A DNA stretch of 64,000 nt, from contig OZ281496.1 in NCBI GenBank assembly GCA_965637545.1, positions 22,940,001 to 23,004,000 of the forward strand, in the 5' to 3' direction. Under the pieces are notes generated by a model, which had not been told where the DNA came from, ran no database searches, and saw only the letters and a list, made by a program, of their open reading frames with translations. Shown one piece after another: positions 52,537 through 64,000 of the stretch. Position 1 is the first letter of the stretch. Every line of letters begins with the position of its first letter. This DNA is from Phallusia mammillata. Taxonomy: Eukaryota. The position numbers were made by a program, and so were the translations under genes.

Positions 52537-55500
52537 TTATTCAGCCTTGGCTTTAGGCTTGACGTTCCAGTAGCGGACCATCTGCAAAAGAAAAATTTTA
52601 AAGGTCATAATTTGAAAAGTTTGTTTTACCAATCAACATATGGGATGCAAAACCTGCAAGATCTTTCCTGAAATAAAACTGAGTCAAAAATGTTAGCCTT
52701 TGTGCAATTTTCATAAAAATTGGAAATAAATGAAAATATTAGAAAATATTAATAGACATGCTTTGGTAAGTTACCAACAAAACCTAAGCGACAAATAAAT
52801 CTATTTACCTGGGCTGCGATTATACCATTGCATATAGTGGATACAACATAGTTCATGATCACCAATTGATCGCCTGTTTCCTGAATAGAAGTGAAAATAC
52901 GCGCAATTGATCCACCGAATATCAAAAATACAGTAATAGCTGACAGCTGGCCAGTGGTTCCATTTCTGTAATTGTCAAGCGCCTGAATCATCTGGAATAA
53001 AAGTAGAACATTTTCGTACAGTCAGCGTGTAATGTTACATCCATACTACTGTAGTCTTCTAAATGTATTTTTTGACAGTGTAAAGTTGTGACAAACATTT
53101 AGTGTCCGGTAGTGTCGACAAGAAGTATGTTATAGAAAATAGTGAATAAGCGTTTCGTCCATCAGGTTGCATATTTAACAAAATTGTCCTTCTATTGGTG
53201 TGATGCTAAACAAAATACTAGGTTTCAAGAAACGTCAGCAGAAATACAGGTTCTTGAAAAACAATTTTGTTTAGCATTACACCAGTTGAATGACAATTTT
53301 CTTCAATAAGTATGTTACTGTCTTAAAGGTTAGGTGAGAAGGGATAGGATTTGTTAAGTAGGAACATGTTCTTAAAAGCGTTTCTGCAAATACTAAAATA
53401 ATAACAAAACTATACCAACGACATTGCTAGAAATTTCAGAGTTGGAAAAACATAACCCCAGCAGCGCATAAATGCTATATTTACATTAAATGCAGCGCGT
53501 TCAAGATTTCAACACACCATGAATTCCATTAGCACACACGCCCCACCAACATTGCCCGATATGAGTTCAATCCAAGCGTTACGCGGCGCCATATTAAGTA
53601 CACCACGGCTTCTTGGTCGTATAAATATTTCGACTTGATCAGCGCTGGGCTCTGCACCCGGTCGCGCCCAAATAATATTTATTAATATTCATAAGCCGGA
53701 TACCATGTCACGTGACCTTATCAAGTGCACTCGGGCGTGACGAGGACCACCAAATTTTGCGACTTGACAAACCGCAGTCTTTTTGTGTTGTAATGCGGCT
53801 AGTGTTTTAACAATGTGATTTTGAATATCAAACAAGATTTGAATAGAAATCGTGCGGCCAAAAAAATGAAGGACACAATAGACTACCACACATCCCATTG
53901 GGCAACCCTAAGATCTCGAGAAGAATGCGCAACATTTTCTAAAACCTATTAGTTTGAAACATTGCCCATCAGCATGCACCAAAAAGTATTATGGAATATA
54001 TCAATTGCTATCAGGCTGGTAACTTGAAGAAACAAATTAAATCATAAAACACACCATCTTTGACAGAATCAGTAAACACTGTTGTGCGGGTAAACCAGCG
54101 TAAATGGATAACATGAAAGCTACTTTCGGATTCTGCAAGCGTATGAGTGACATCCACCATTTTGTGAAAAGTAGCATTTACGCACGTTCGCATCTGGAGC
54201 GAATGCATTAGCGGGTGCCGATGATTAGGAACTGCGCAACACGAGCTGGGAAACGTAATATTTTTGCTCACGTCACTCACCACGTGTTTCGTCTCAAATT
54301 ACGTCACGGCGCGGTGAGCACTGCCACTGAACCTCGAAGGGGTGGGGAAGACGGGCCTCGAGAGCACCCATTTCGAACGCAAACGCGATTCGGCCTTTTG
54401 ACGAAATTGCGCGAAAATTGCCTCCCAAAATAGACCCTGTTGTGAAGAACCTCAACAGTATGTGTAGTATGAATCGTGTGGGGTAGGCAAAACGCACTGA
54501 TGGCTTCCAATATGCCTGTGTTATGATTTCGGCATATCGGTAAAGGAAATTGGCTTCCGGTTCAAAAACAATAAATAAAACAAAAAAATATTGTCGGTTA
54601 ATGAGCGTGTATTTATTCTATGGCAAGTCATTAGGGTGATTATTTATCATTCCTGTCCGTTTCGTATTTGTACAAGTCAAAAAGTCACACAGTCGCGGGC
54701 AGTTGACTATCTATAACAAAGTTTATGTTAAGGCCACAGCTTTTTCGCTGTGATCGTAGCCCGCGTGAAAACATTCAACGATGGATGGCGGGGTCGCGAA
54801 AAATTTGACACGAAACCGCGCGTGTGTATCGGCCACTCAAGACAGGCGTAGCACAATAAGGCGCGGTGACAAATATCGCGATAAAAACACGGAGTCGCGA
54901 CTAGAACAACACGCACTCGGTATATGACGCCGTCTTCTAAGGGTACCATTGCGTTTTCCTGATATAAGTCGCGCCCGCGATTCGATCCATTAAAAACGAG
55001 CCCAGGAAAGCGCGATTTAGCGTTAACGCACCTGAGCAAAGAGCCCACTGGCGCCAGGGACTCGTATGTGCCCCTTCTAATCGCCTTATGTCATCGACGC
55101 CACACAAGACGTGGCCCGGAAGGGAACAGGGAGCAGGAGCGAAGTTGTGTAGAAATCGTTAGCAGAGATAAGCCTCCACGCGTGTTGTAGTTCGCCGGAT
55201 GGAGATATGAGGAGCGGATAAAACAACATAGGATAAGTATGAAGCAAAGGGTGGGAATTCGTACTGACTGTCGAGTACAACAGGATGCTAAAAGTCGTTG
55301 CCGAGATTAAAAAAGTGTGAAGAGTGTGTCTGCAATTAGTACGGCCAAACCACGTACAAGCCCAAAAACATTTGTACGCCGAAATATAGGACATAAGATG
55401 TACCAAAAAAACGAAGTAACCAATGTTGTTGACCAAGTGAATTGAAATAAACCTATATAGTATCGGCCGCGCAATATCTAAAACTTCATCTCAGAAGTGA

Positions 55501-58500
55501 TTTAATTTTCGCGATTACAATCTCACTGTAGCACATTTTTTCATCACAAATATTCTCTGTGACGTAACCGTTTTCTTTCCCGGTGCAGTGGTCGTTACAA
55601 ACAAGTCCCAAGCGTATACTCAAAACAAAACGATTCCACGCGATAAACCGGGCAAAGGCATCATGAACGATGACATCAAATAGCTGGAGCGAAACAGTTT
55701 ACACGGACGATACGTCGCCGAAAGTTTATGCAAATAACAGACAGAGGTTGGGAGAGTGTGATCCTTGTAGTGACGCGAGTTTTCGCAGTCCATTAAAAGC
55801 AGGGTAAACAGCAGAGAAAAGGGGGGCAAACCTTTCATCATAGCGCTTCTATAGCGTGTCGGGGTACTCTGTTGTTTCAGGCCAGCAGACTTAAATGACT
55901 CAAAGGCGGAAAGGAGGACTTGATTAAACGCTTCCAAGATGGCGGTGCGGCGCCAGGTAAGTTTTAATTCCACCAGATCATCGTCTAACGCGAAAGTTAG
56001 CGATGACGCGAGACTTCTGCCCTATAGCTCCCTGAGCAACGGGAAGCGGTCGTCATGGCAACGGGATATAAGTGGCGCCGGATTAAATTCGTTATTAAGG
56101 TCCATGCTTCGTCAGTGCGTATATAAGTATGGGGCTAATAAAAAAGGAACGGGAAAACGTAGGTCTACTGTTGTTACCTTTTAAGTAATATTACCTTTGG
56201 GCTGTTACATAACCTACATTTTTTTACATAAAACTTTACATTAATTTCAGAAAAATACTAAACATTATGATTATACGCAATATAAAATCACCTTTTTCGA
56301 CACACAAAAGGTGATATTAACATGATTTGGCTACGTTGGGTAACAAGCACTTTGCAGTAGTTGATTGTACACTTTTTTAATACCAAAACACGCACATGGT
56401 CACCAAAATATCTGTAAATAACGTCGTAACGAGCGGTTCAAGGCGTCTGTTTCAAACTGCCCATAGCATTTCAACAGTCGTTATAGCTTTGCGTGGGAAC
56501 CCAGAGATGTTACGTCATTAGCGGGGTAAATGCTGTGCAACGAACGATCATGCTCACAACGGCCAAGCCCCCTGAAGATTATAGTCGGGCAACGGGGTGA
56601 GATGATACGTTCCCCTCCTAGGGGCAATTGATTTCGCACGAAATCAAATCTTGCAAAAGCAGAGACTTTTGCGAAAACTATAACACTTTAACATACACGT
56701 GCTCACGTTCGGTTGCTATTTTTAAACATAACTTTTTGTTAATGACACATATAACGGCCGAAATAGACGGAGGAAACGACATGCTTTCTTATTTAAACGT
56801 TTCGGAAAGTGCTTACGCTATTATCAGTGGGGCTACACCAGTTACACCCATTTACAAACACTTGAGTCAGGTAAAGAGATTTGATAAAAAGTTGCGAAAC
56901 AAACAAACTTTTGTTGTAATTTTGAGTCAAGACGACATCCTATTTTTTTAATCATGTTTTACAGCTTTGAACGTCTCGATTTTTTACTTTTTTATCGTCA
57001 ACCTGCCGTGCGAACTATAACGGGCATAAAGCCTTCCAAAGTCAAAAATAGAGTGCGGTTTAGTGGGCGAGTCAAAAACAAAGCTTGGCCAAAGTCATTA
57101 CGCGTTCGACACAAGGTCTTGTAAAGACGTTTGAAAGTGATGTGAAGGAAGGTAGGCACTTGACTTGACGACATAAGCGTGTCCGTCATTCAGTTCCTGT
57201 GGCGATGAAGCGTTGCACACACCCACCTACAAACAGGCCGCGGCATGAACCTTTGCACATACCGTTAAGAGCGCTCCCCTATGACTAACGATAGATAGTA
57301 TAGAAGGAGAATTGACCCAACGTTTCGCGGCTAAGAAAGGACTGGCTGCCTGTCACGACACATGGCACAAACCTGGCCATTTAGGGCAAGTGGGAAACTG
57401 TTATTACCCTCATGGCAAATGACATGCTCGTCTTCGTAACAGCAATGGATCCCTGGGCTTAAATTAAGGGGGGTGTAATAAGGCCGTGAGAGCAGCGAAA
57501 CGCCGATACAGTGTAAGTGTTGTATGGTGGTGGAAAGTTTTACCACCTAAAGTTCAATTGGACAATTTCGGATTTTTAAAATTTGTCAAAATTGTAAGTT
57601 TTTGGCCCGGGGAAGTTCAGCCTTTTGTACAGGTCACTTATAGCGTGTTAACTTGACTTGATAATTTCCAATTCTGTAAAAGATAAAACAACAGAAAAGA
57701 CGGGCACAGAGAAAGATATTCGTAAATACTACAGGCATGTAAAAATTTATAATTTGTCGCATTGTCATATAGCAGCTGTTTGGGGGAAAAACGCCAGGCA
57801 GTCAGTGACCAATTAGCTCTCGTCAACGGCAAGAAACGGCGCGTGCGAGAAGAGCCTGCGCATTGACAGGCAATTGGCCACAACAGATAATGTTTCAGGG
57901 GTTGCCTGCCGCGAACAAAAGACGCAGCGAGGGCGGGGGGTGAAGGGGACGCGGCTGCAGGGCGACGGAACTTGGAAACGGGTCCCAGGGAAAAAACACC
58001 GCGGCGGGCGCTTAGAACAATAGAAGCACGGGATCTACGCCTAGGCGCGTTTGAATGGGGCGCCACAAGTACCGGTGTGCAGTGGGGGCGGAAGGGTGGG
58101 GAACGGGGGCCAGGGCGCGCAAACAAACAGATGGATCGATGCGGTGTCACGCACGGGGGCATCGCTATGGCGCGCGCGACATAACACAAAGATCTATGTT
58201 GCGACCCAAGTAATGAAGTCGGGCTCGCGACTGGAGCCAACAGCAGTGGCCGTGTCAGTCAGCATGGTACATTAGAGCTGTCAAATCGCACGAGCTAAAA
58301 ATGAAGGTCGCGAAATGCTAGCGACCGCAACGACCCACCAGTGTGCGCAGACTAAGTGCCCCTGACTTTGGGCAGATCCACGCAGAAACCATCAAAATAT
58401 CAACACTTGGGGTGTGTGATAACACCCCGTCCAAAGTACACATCTTAAAACGCTCTGGAACCAGTAAATCAATCTGCAGGCGCGAAATCGTGAGAGTCAG

Positions 58501-61500
58501 GGAAGAGGGGTTTATATTTACACATGGACTAGTTCGGGGGAGATTGCAGGGGTCGAAGTGGCGATGACAGGTCGCGAACCTTCGGCGACGATCCGCGGGA
58601 CACGCAAGACCACACACGTTATGCACATTAGGCAATGTGTAATGTGAGGAACGGGACGGATCTGGAATGGGTGCTTCTACTGGTATATTCATGGGTTGCC
58701 AAAGTTACTGAGAATTCTACCGCCCCAATAAAGATCAGTACAAGAATTTTTCAATGTTGTAAATACGTTTTTGACCAGATTAGCTATGAAGAGTTTTTTA
58801 TTTACAAAAAACAAAAATGAAGATTAAATGTTGCTAGCACCGTGCTACCAAAATATATGTGACACAGCGAAGCTAGGCATAACGTTCCCACAGCGAAAAA
58901 ATGATAATTTGGTATAGGATAAAAGAATCGTGCGAATACAAGTTTACTCGATTTGTCGTTATTGTCAACACTAGAGCAAATCCATGACCAAACTATTTCA
59001 ACCGGTATGCCAAAACAAATCAAACCGATTCGGAACAACACTATAGGTTTAGGTGCATAAAATACGAATAAAGTTTTATGATAGCTTTATGCCGAAAATA
59101 CAGGTTCCAAACGTAGCGTTTATTACTCGGCATATGGCCACCAACGGTATGCGATCGAAGTCGAGTATTACTTAGTGGTTTTGCTTGTGAAAAATCAGAA
59201 CCACGTGGCTAATCATGAATAGCAACATTTGAGATGCAGTCTAGACAAAAATGCAATCACAAGCGGCTAAACAACATAAAGTTAAATGGAATTCCAACCA
59301 CCACTCAATACATTGGCAAACCCGCTCAGGGAGCAAGTGCACAAGACACAAACCTCAGTGCAATTTGGGACAAGCACGTGCTCAAGAGGCCCCACAATGA
59401 CGGAGACTCCACTCCGAATGGCTACTTCACGAGCGAAAGCCTGTTTCCTACTTATAATGCTGAAGACTTGGGCAAGGTCTTTAACCAAAATGCCTTAGCC
59501 AGGTTCAACTTAGAGTTTTGATAGCCATCTGATGATTTAATTATCCAGCTGTTTCGTAATAACCATTTAACACAACACTCCATACGATTACGGCCTTAAT
59601 AAAAAAATAGAAACAATCTAATACTTTTTTCGAGTAAACGATTCCAACAACACTGTTAACAATTTTTTTACAGTTTTTTGTTTGTAAAAACATAGTTTGT
59701 AGGATTACACATGTCTGAATGCTATAGTTTCTAAATTCAGAAGGGAAGGGAAAAGAAATCGTCATGAGAAATTCGTTTCAAGCTTGAGTTGAATGCAGCT
59801 TTAGGAATTGCATACAATGCAACCAAAGGACACGGAAAGTCCTGTGGCAAACAATTTAATCTTCGTGCCTCAGGTATCACATGTCGTCTCGCTGCCATCG
59901 TTGCTATACACTTCGGGAACACTAAACCACGAACAATGCCCCACACTGACGCAACAAAGAGCGTGATCATGCGTGACCTATCAACCCCGGCAAGTGAGTG
60001 ATGTTGTGCGAGATGCTAAAGTATTCGCGTGCCGAACAAGCATAAAAACACGCAGGTACCGGTCCCTGGGAAGAACTTTAGGGCAAACGGACGTGAATGA
60101 ATACCCGGGGCGATCCCTAAGGCGCCTGGGAAAATTTGGACCCGCTACATTCGCATGCGATTGAAACTGTGTGGGTAACAAATACCCGCCTTTGTGGCAT
60201 CGTTTGGACTATAAATGGCCATTACAATGCAACTAGCGTTGGTTTTCAACTCGGGGACTTGTGTTTGATTGGCCAGCAATGATCGTCCATTGAATTTGCA
60301 GTGAAATCCCGGCCGAAATTGCCACCGATTACTAGCGTTAGGAAATTTGCCACACAAATGTGAAGACAAAGCGAAGGACAGGCTATTTATAAAAGAACGC
60401 TGAGTTTGAGACTACACCTAGCAATTCCCCAATTGCCTTTGTATCACCACGTGCACAGTGATTTGTTTGTTGATCATAATTACAACTTGTAAGTTGCGTT
60501 TTGGAACAAAAACCTATTTATTTCCACTCCGAACATTTTTTTCCAATGTGTTGTCACCGACAAACAGTGATTTTTAAATTTGGACGAAAAACAGTTGTTA
60601 ATGTAAGCCCTTATTCGGTTTACGATGATACGAAAAATATTTTTACGAGAGGTATACGAATTTTTACGACGGGTATATTCAGATGTAAAGACGGGTCCAA
60701 AAAGTACAAGCCCGAAACCTTGGCGACACAAATATGGACAAAAGTAAAGTCAGGTACCAATCAAACATGTTGAATTCGAATTAAACTAAAAACTAAACCC
60801 GACCCGACTTACAACTATGAGATAACAACGTAGTGCTTTGTTATTCACTGGCGCCACCAGCTGGCCATCGCTTTTCCTACGCATAGACAAGGTCAAAAAT
60901 AACGTGGCTCTCTAGTGTCATCACACGGAAATATTTCTGCCCATACTTCAGGACAGAAAGTGAATTTTTATTCATTGAAAATAGAAAAACAGGTAACAGT
61001 CGAGAGCTATTGGAGTTGGGATCGGGGTTCCCAATTCACACAGCATTTTAGAACTCCTTATTAATGACTATAAACCCTTCAATAAAAAATATATAACTAT
61101 AAACATAAAATGTCAAATCCAAAAATGTAGCTGCAAGTCATTGGGAGAGTTCGAGCCACAAACAAAAATAGACAACACCACAACACAAAATTGGAACTTC
61201 CTTGACACACTCATACTTTGTCAAAATTCATTAAATGTCAGTGACAATTTACATTTACAGTCTAGGGAACTGTCAATCCAAAACCATTATATTAAATTAT
61301 AAGCTCTAAAGCTGATAAAATACGTCAATGAAACTGTTCTCACCTTACTGATGACAACCGCTGGCATATTGCTTGCTTGAAGTGCAGCCAAAACAGAAAC
61401 CGGTGTTATGCCTGACATCAAAACACCCAAAATGCCAAGAAAAATAACAACAAATCCAATTGCTCCACTTGTACTGCCTTTATAATGCTGCAAAGCAATA

Positions 61501-63228
61501 TTATTTGAAGTTACAGTGGTTGCAATTGTATGTAGTGTTTTTAAACATTTTTTATTTGTACTTTTATTAATAAGTGTTCTTCAATGGGCTGAAATGTGAT
61601 CTTCAATGCTTGATTTTGTCTTTCCCAAAAAATCACACTTCTCACTTTAAGCTGATTACCTCCATTATTCATTTCTCTGGTTTCAGGATAAAAAGTCTTT
61701 TCCATATATGACTGTGGTTTTCCAATTTTTTTCTTTAATTTTTGCTTACCTGAACTTCTTGCATTACTAATCTGGGAAATTGATTCAGAGGCTCAATGCA
61801 TTGCAACAAATTTCAAAATTTTTACACAAACTTTTACTCTTTCATGAACTGCATCTTTCAAGCAATCTTGAAACTTACCTTCATTATACCAGCTATGTTC
61901 CTACTTCACAATTTGGCAACTAATTTTACTCTTAACACTATTTTATGACTACTAGGAATCTGCCTAAAAATACAGAAAAACTTTTTCTATCAGTCACCAG
62001 CACCCACTTTAGTTTATTATGTAGCAAACTTTACCGTGTATTTCAGCACAAAAAAGTTTTCGTTTACGACCTACAAGTAGAACTCAACTAAACAACAAAA
62101 TCAGTCCTTTAACACAGTAATCAACTCTAAAGAACTGATTTTGTAACTGAACATAGCTTTATCTCACACCATATTTTGCTAAATGATGCTGTAAAATTCT
62201 GGCAATTTTAGTTTCTTGCACAAACTAGTACAAAATTAGCGAAAAGTGGTGCAGTCCAAATATCTGAAACAATATTACGTACCTGAATTAAAGCACCAAT
62301 CATAATATTCTGAAGCATAAGAAAAAATGAGTCACCCCATGTGCTGCAAAACAGAATTAGATAATATTAAACCATTTATCTAGGCTTTGTAGCTAGAAGA
62401 AAATGTTCTGTTGTGTTAAGTAAGTACCTGAATGGAAAACCTTTAGCAATACTGTATGAAAACATTGAAGTAACAGCGTATAGTTCCAAAAGAAGTGAAG
62501 TAAAGCTAAGACCTTTCGCACTTCCAGCAGATAAAATTTTTTGAATTTGTGGAACCTTGACTAAAAACATCCCAAAATTGACAGTTTACACACTAAAATA
62601 CAAACAAAAAAGCAATAAAATCCTCTTGTATTTCAATTTAAAAATTATGCCTCTGACAAATGTATTTAGGGTTAAATATAAAATCAACAAAGTGCATAAG
62701 CTTTTTTTTACTGCTACTTAATTTCTGTGCAACCAAGATATCATCTTGAGAATAGAAAGTTACTCTTAAACAGTGCCCTCTCTTCGCAATGGGATATATC
62801 AATAACACTTACCCAAAACTGCTCCGGCCACAATCGAATAACCAAGGACTTTGCTAATAAGTGCTGAAAGGCAATCCCCTGAAAAACACAACCATGTTAA
62901 GATGATATGTTAGTTGCTGTATGGTATACGATACTATACGTGCATTTGAGCTGCAACAGATAAAATAAGTCTAAAAACAATCACTTAAATGTTCAGAAAA
63001 AGTTCAGAAAATTTCTATATTGCAGCTACTCAATGCAACACTCACACAATGCAGTAAAGATTGCTCACCTACACAGTAACAAAAACATACAAAGCTCATG
63101 GGCAAACATTTTGGAAACCCACTAAGGAACTTATAATCTCATACCATGGAAGAAATTCAGCTTGTAAAAGAATTCCTCGTAGCATTCTTCTGACATAAGT
63201 GCATTCATGTTTTTCTTTTGCAATTTTC
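52537..63228 (-). CDS. MPDU1: Mannose-P-dolichol utilization defect 1 protein (PQ-loop ER membrane protein)
   Basis: Exons: 63228-63145 ([21 protein letters not shown]; first in-frame ATG at 63208), 62878-62813 ([21 protein letters not shown]), 62560-62428 ([21 protein letters not shown] loop), 62343-62283 ([13 protein letters not shown]), 61487-61344 ([13 protein letters not shown]), 52991-52809 ([35 protein letters not shown]), 52581-52537 ([14 protein letters not shown], KxKxx ER-retrieval end). ATG to stop is 696 nt (231 aa). The true N-terminus is uncertain. Confidence 0.95.
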
Positions 63229-64000
63229 CTGTGGTTGCAAATTGGGTTGTTAATTTCGTAAAATGTTGGTATTTTGCGGCTAACAACAAATCACTACGTG
63301 GACAAAAACCACAGCTTGAACAGGTAAATCCAAAACTATTATAAAAACAAGCATAAAACATAAGTGAATTAAGTGATGCTGCTCACTCTCTGGTTGAGGT
63401 TGACCGGTCCGGTATGTGCTGGAGCAATCAAGCGAAAAAATCTGAACCTATATTTAACCATTAGGTACAATAACCCCATAATAAGTATCTTTAGATAAAA
63501 TTATTCAGTAATTCCTATTTTGAGAACTAAAATCGTCAATAGAACTAATATATACAAATTAATACATTAAATCTTACTTGCAAAAAAGTTTTAATATTAC
63601 TTTGCAAGCGTGTTTTTAAATTTTATGATTACATAGCTTAAAAGTTGTGTAACGTACCTTAAAAATTTTTGCGGTGTTCACAAAACTTTCACATTTTACG
63701 TGGAATTTATCTGTTGGCTGGATGCGCCATTCATCCATGCAATATTATGTTTGTTAAATATTTGCAATTCATCAAGGTTTTCCCACTGTTTTCCATAAAA
63801 AGGAACAGGATTATAGTATAGAAAAAGTGATTGCATCTGGCCGTGTTCTACAACCATCCCATATTTCGTGGTTATTGACCCAGAATGCATCACAATTTGG
63901 TAAGTGATAAACGGTTTCAGTTTTTGAAGTGCACACCATGCAGCGCTGATTAACCTTCACTTATTCCCAAAGTATTAATTTTATGCAGACTTTGGTTATT

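Noticed and set aside
57638-58240. 200-aa minus-strand ORF ([12 protein letters not shown]…) and overlapping ORFs
   Set aside because: Arg/Pro/Ala-rich product of a locally GC-rich block with no recognisable domain. It lies on the sense strand of the MPDU1 intron, and the MPDU1 frame is complete without it.
63696-63900. 65-aa minus ORF and plus-strand exon-like segments with GTAAGT/GTATGT donors near the window end
   Set aside because: No homology and no consistent exon chain; cannot be resolved at the window edge.

Overview
This is eukaryotic, AT-rich, intron-containing animal DNA. It is most consistent with an ascidian (tunicate) genome, inferred from short GT-AG introns and a SoxB1 gene with an intron inside the HMG box; the species cannot be determined. 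Five protein-coding genes can be assembled exon by exon with consistent splice phases: (1) a 5'-truncated multicopper oxidase, MCO-A (+, 248-3912); (2) a complete tandem paralogue, MCO-B (+, 5509-13245, 14 exons, 673 aa); (3) a type II Golgi carbohydrate sulfotransferase of the CHST8-14/HNK-1ST group (-, 13996-16763, 348 aa); (4) SoxB1/Sox1/2/3 (+, 32986-35392, 415 aa), with about 16 kb of gene-free DNA upstream and 17 kb downstream; (5) MPDU1 (-, 52537-63228), whose fifth intron is 8352 bp while the others are 84-795 bp. A clean 596-bp hAT-type MITE lies at 42534-43129. There are two main points of interest. First, the oxidase pair has bacterial-type (Thermus laccase/McoC/CueO-like) copper motifs but has acquired a signal peptide, Cys motifs, a Ser/Thr stalk and a separately spliced GPI-signal-like exon that could switch between secreted and anchored forms. 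Second, SoxB1 and MPDU1 lie tail-to-tail, as human SOX15 and MPDU1 do, with MPDU1 carrying an inflated, enhancer-like intron that suggests an ancient chordate genomic regulatory block. No rRNA, tRNA or CRISPR features were supported. Nearly all other ORFs in the track are spurious.
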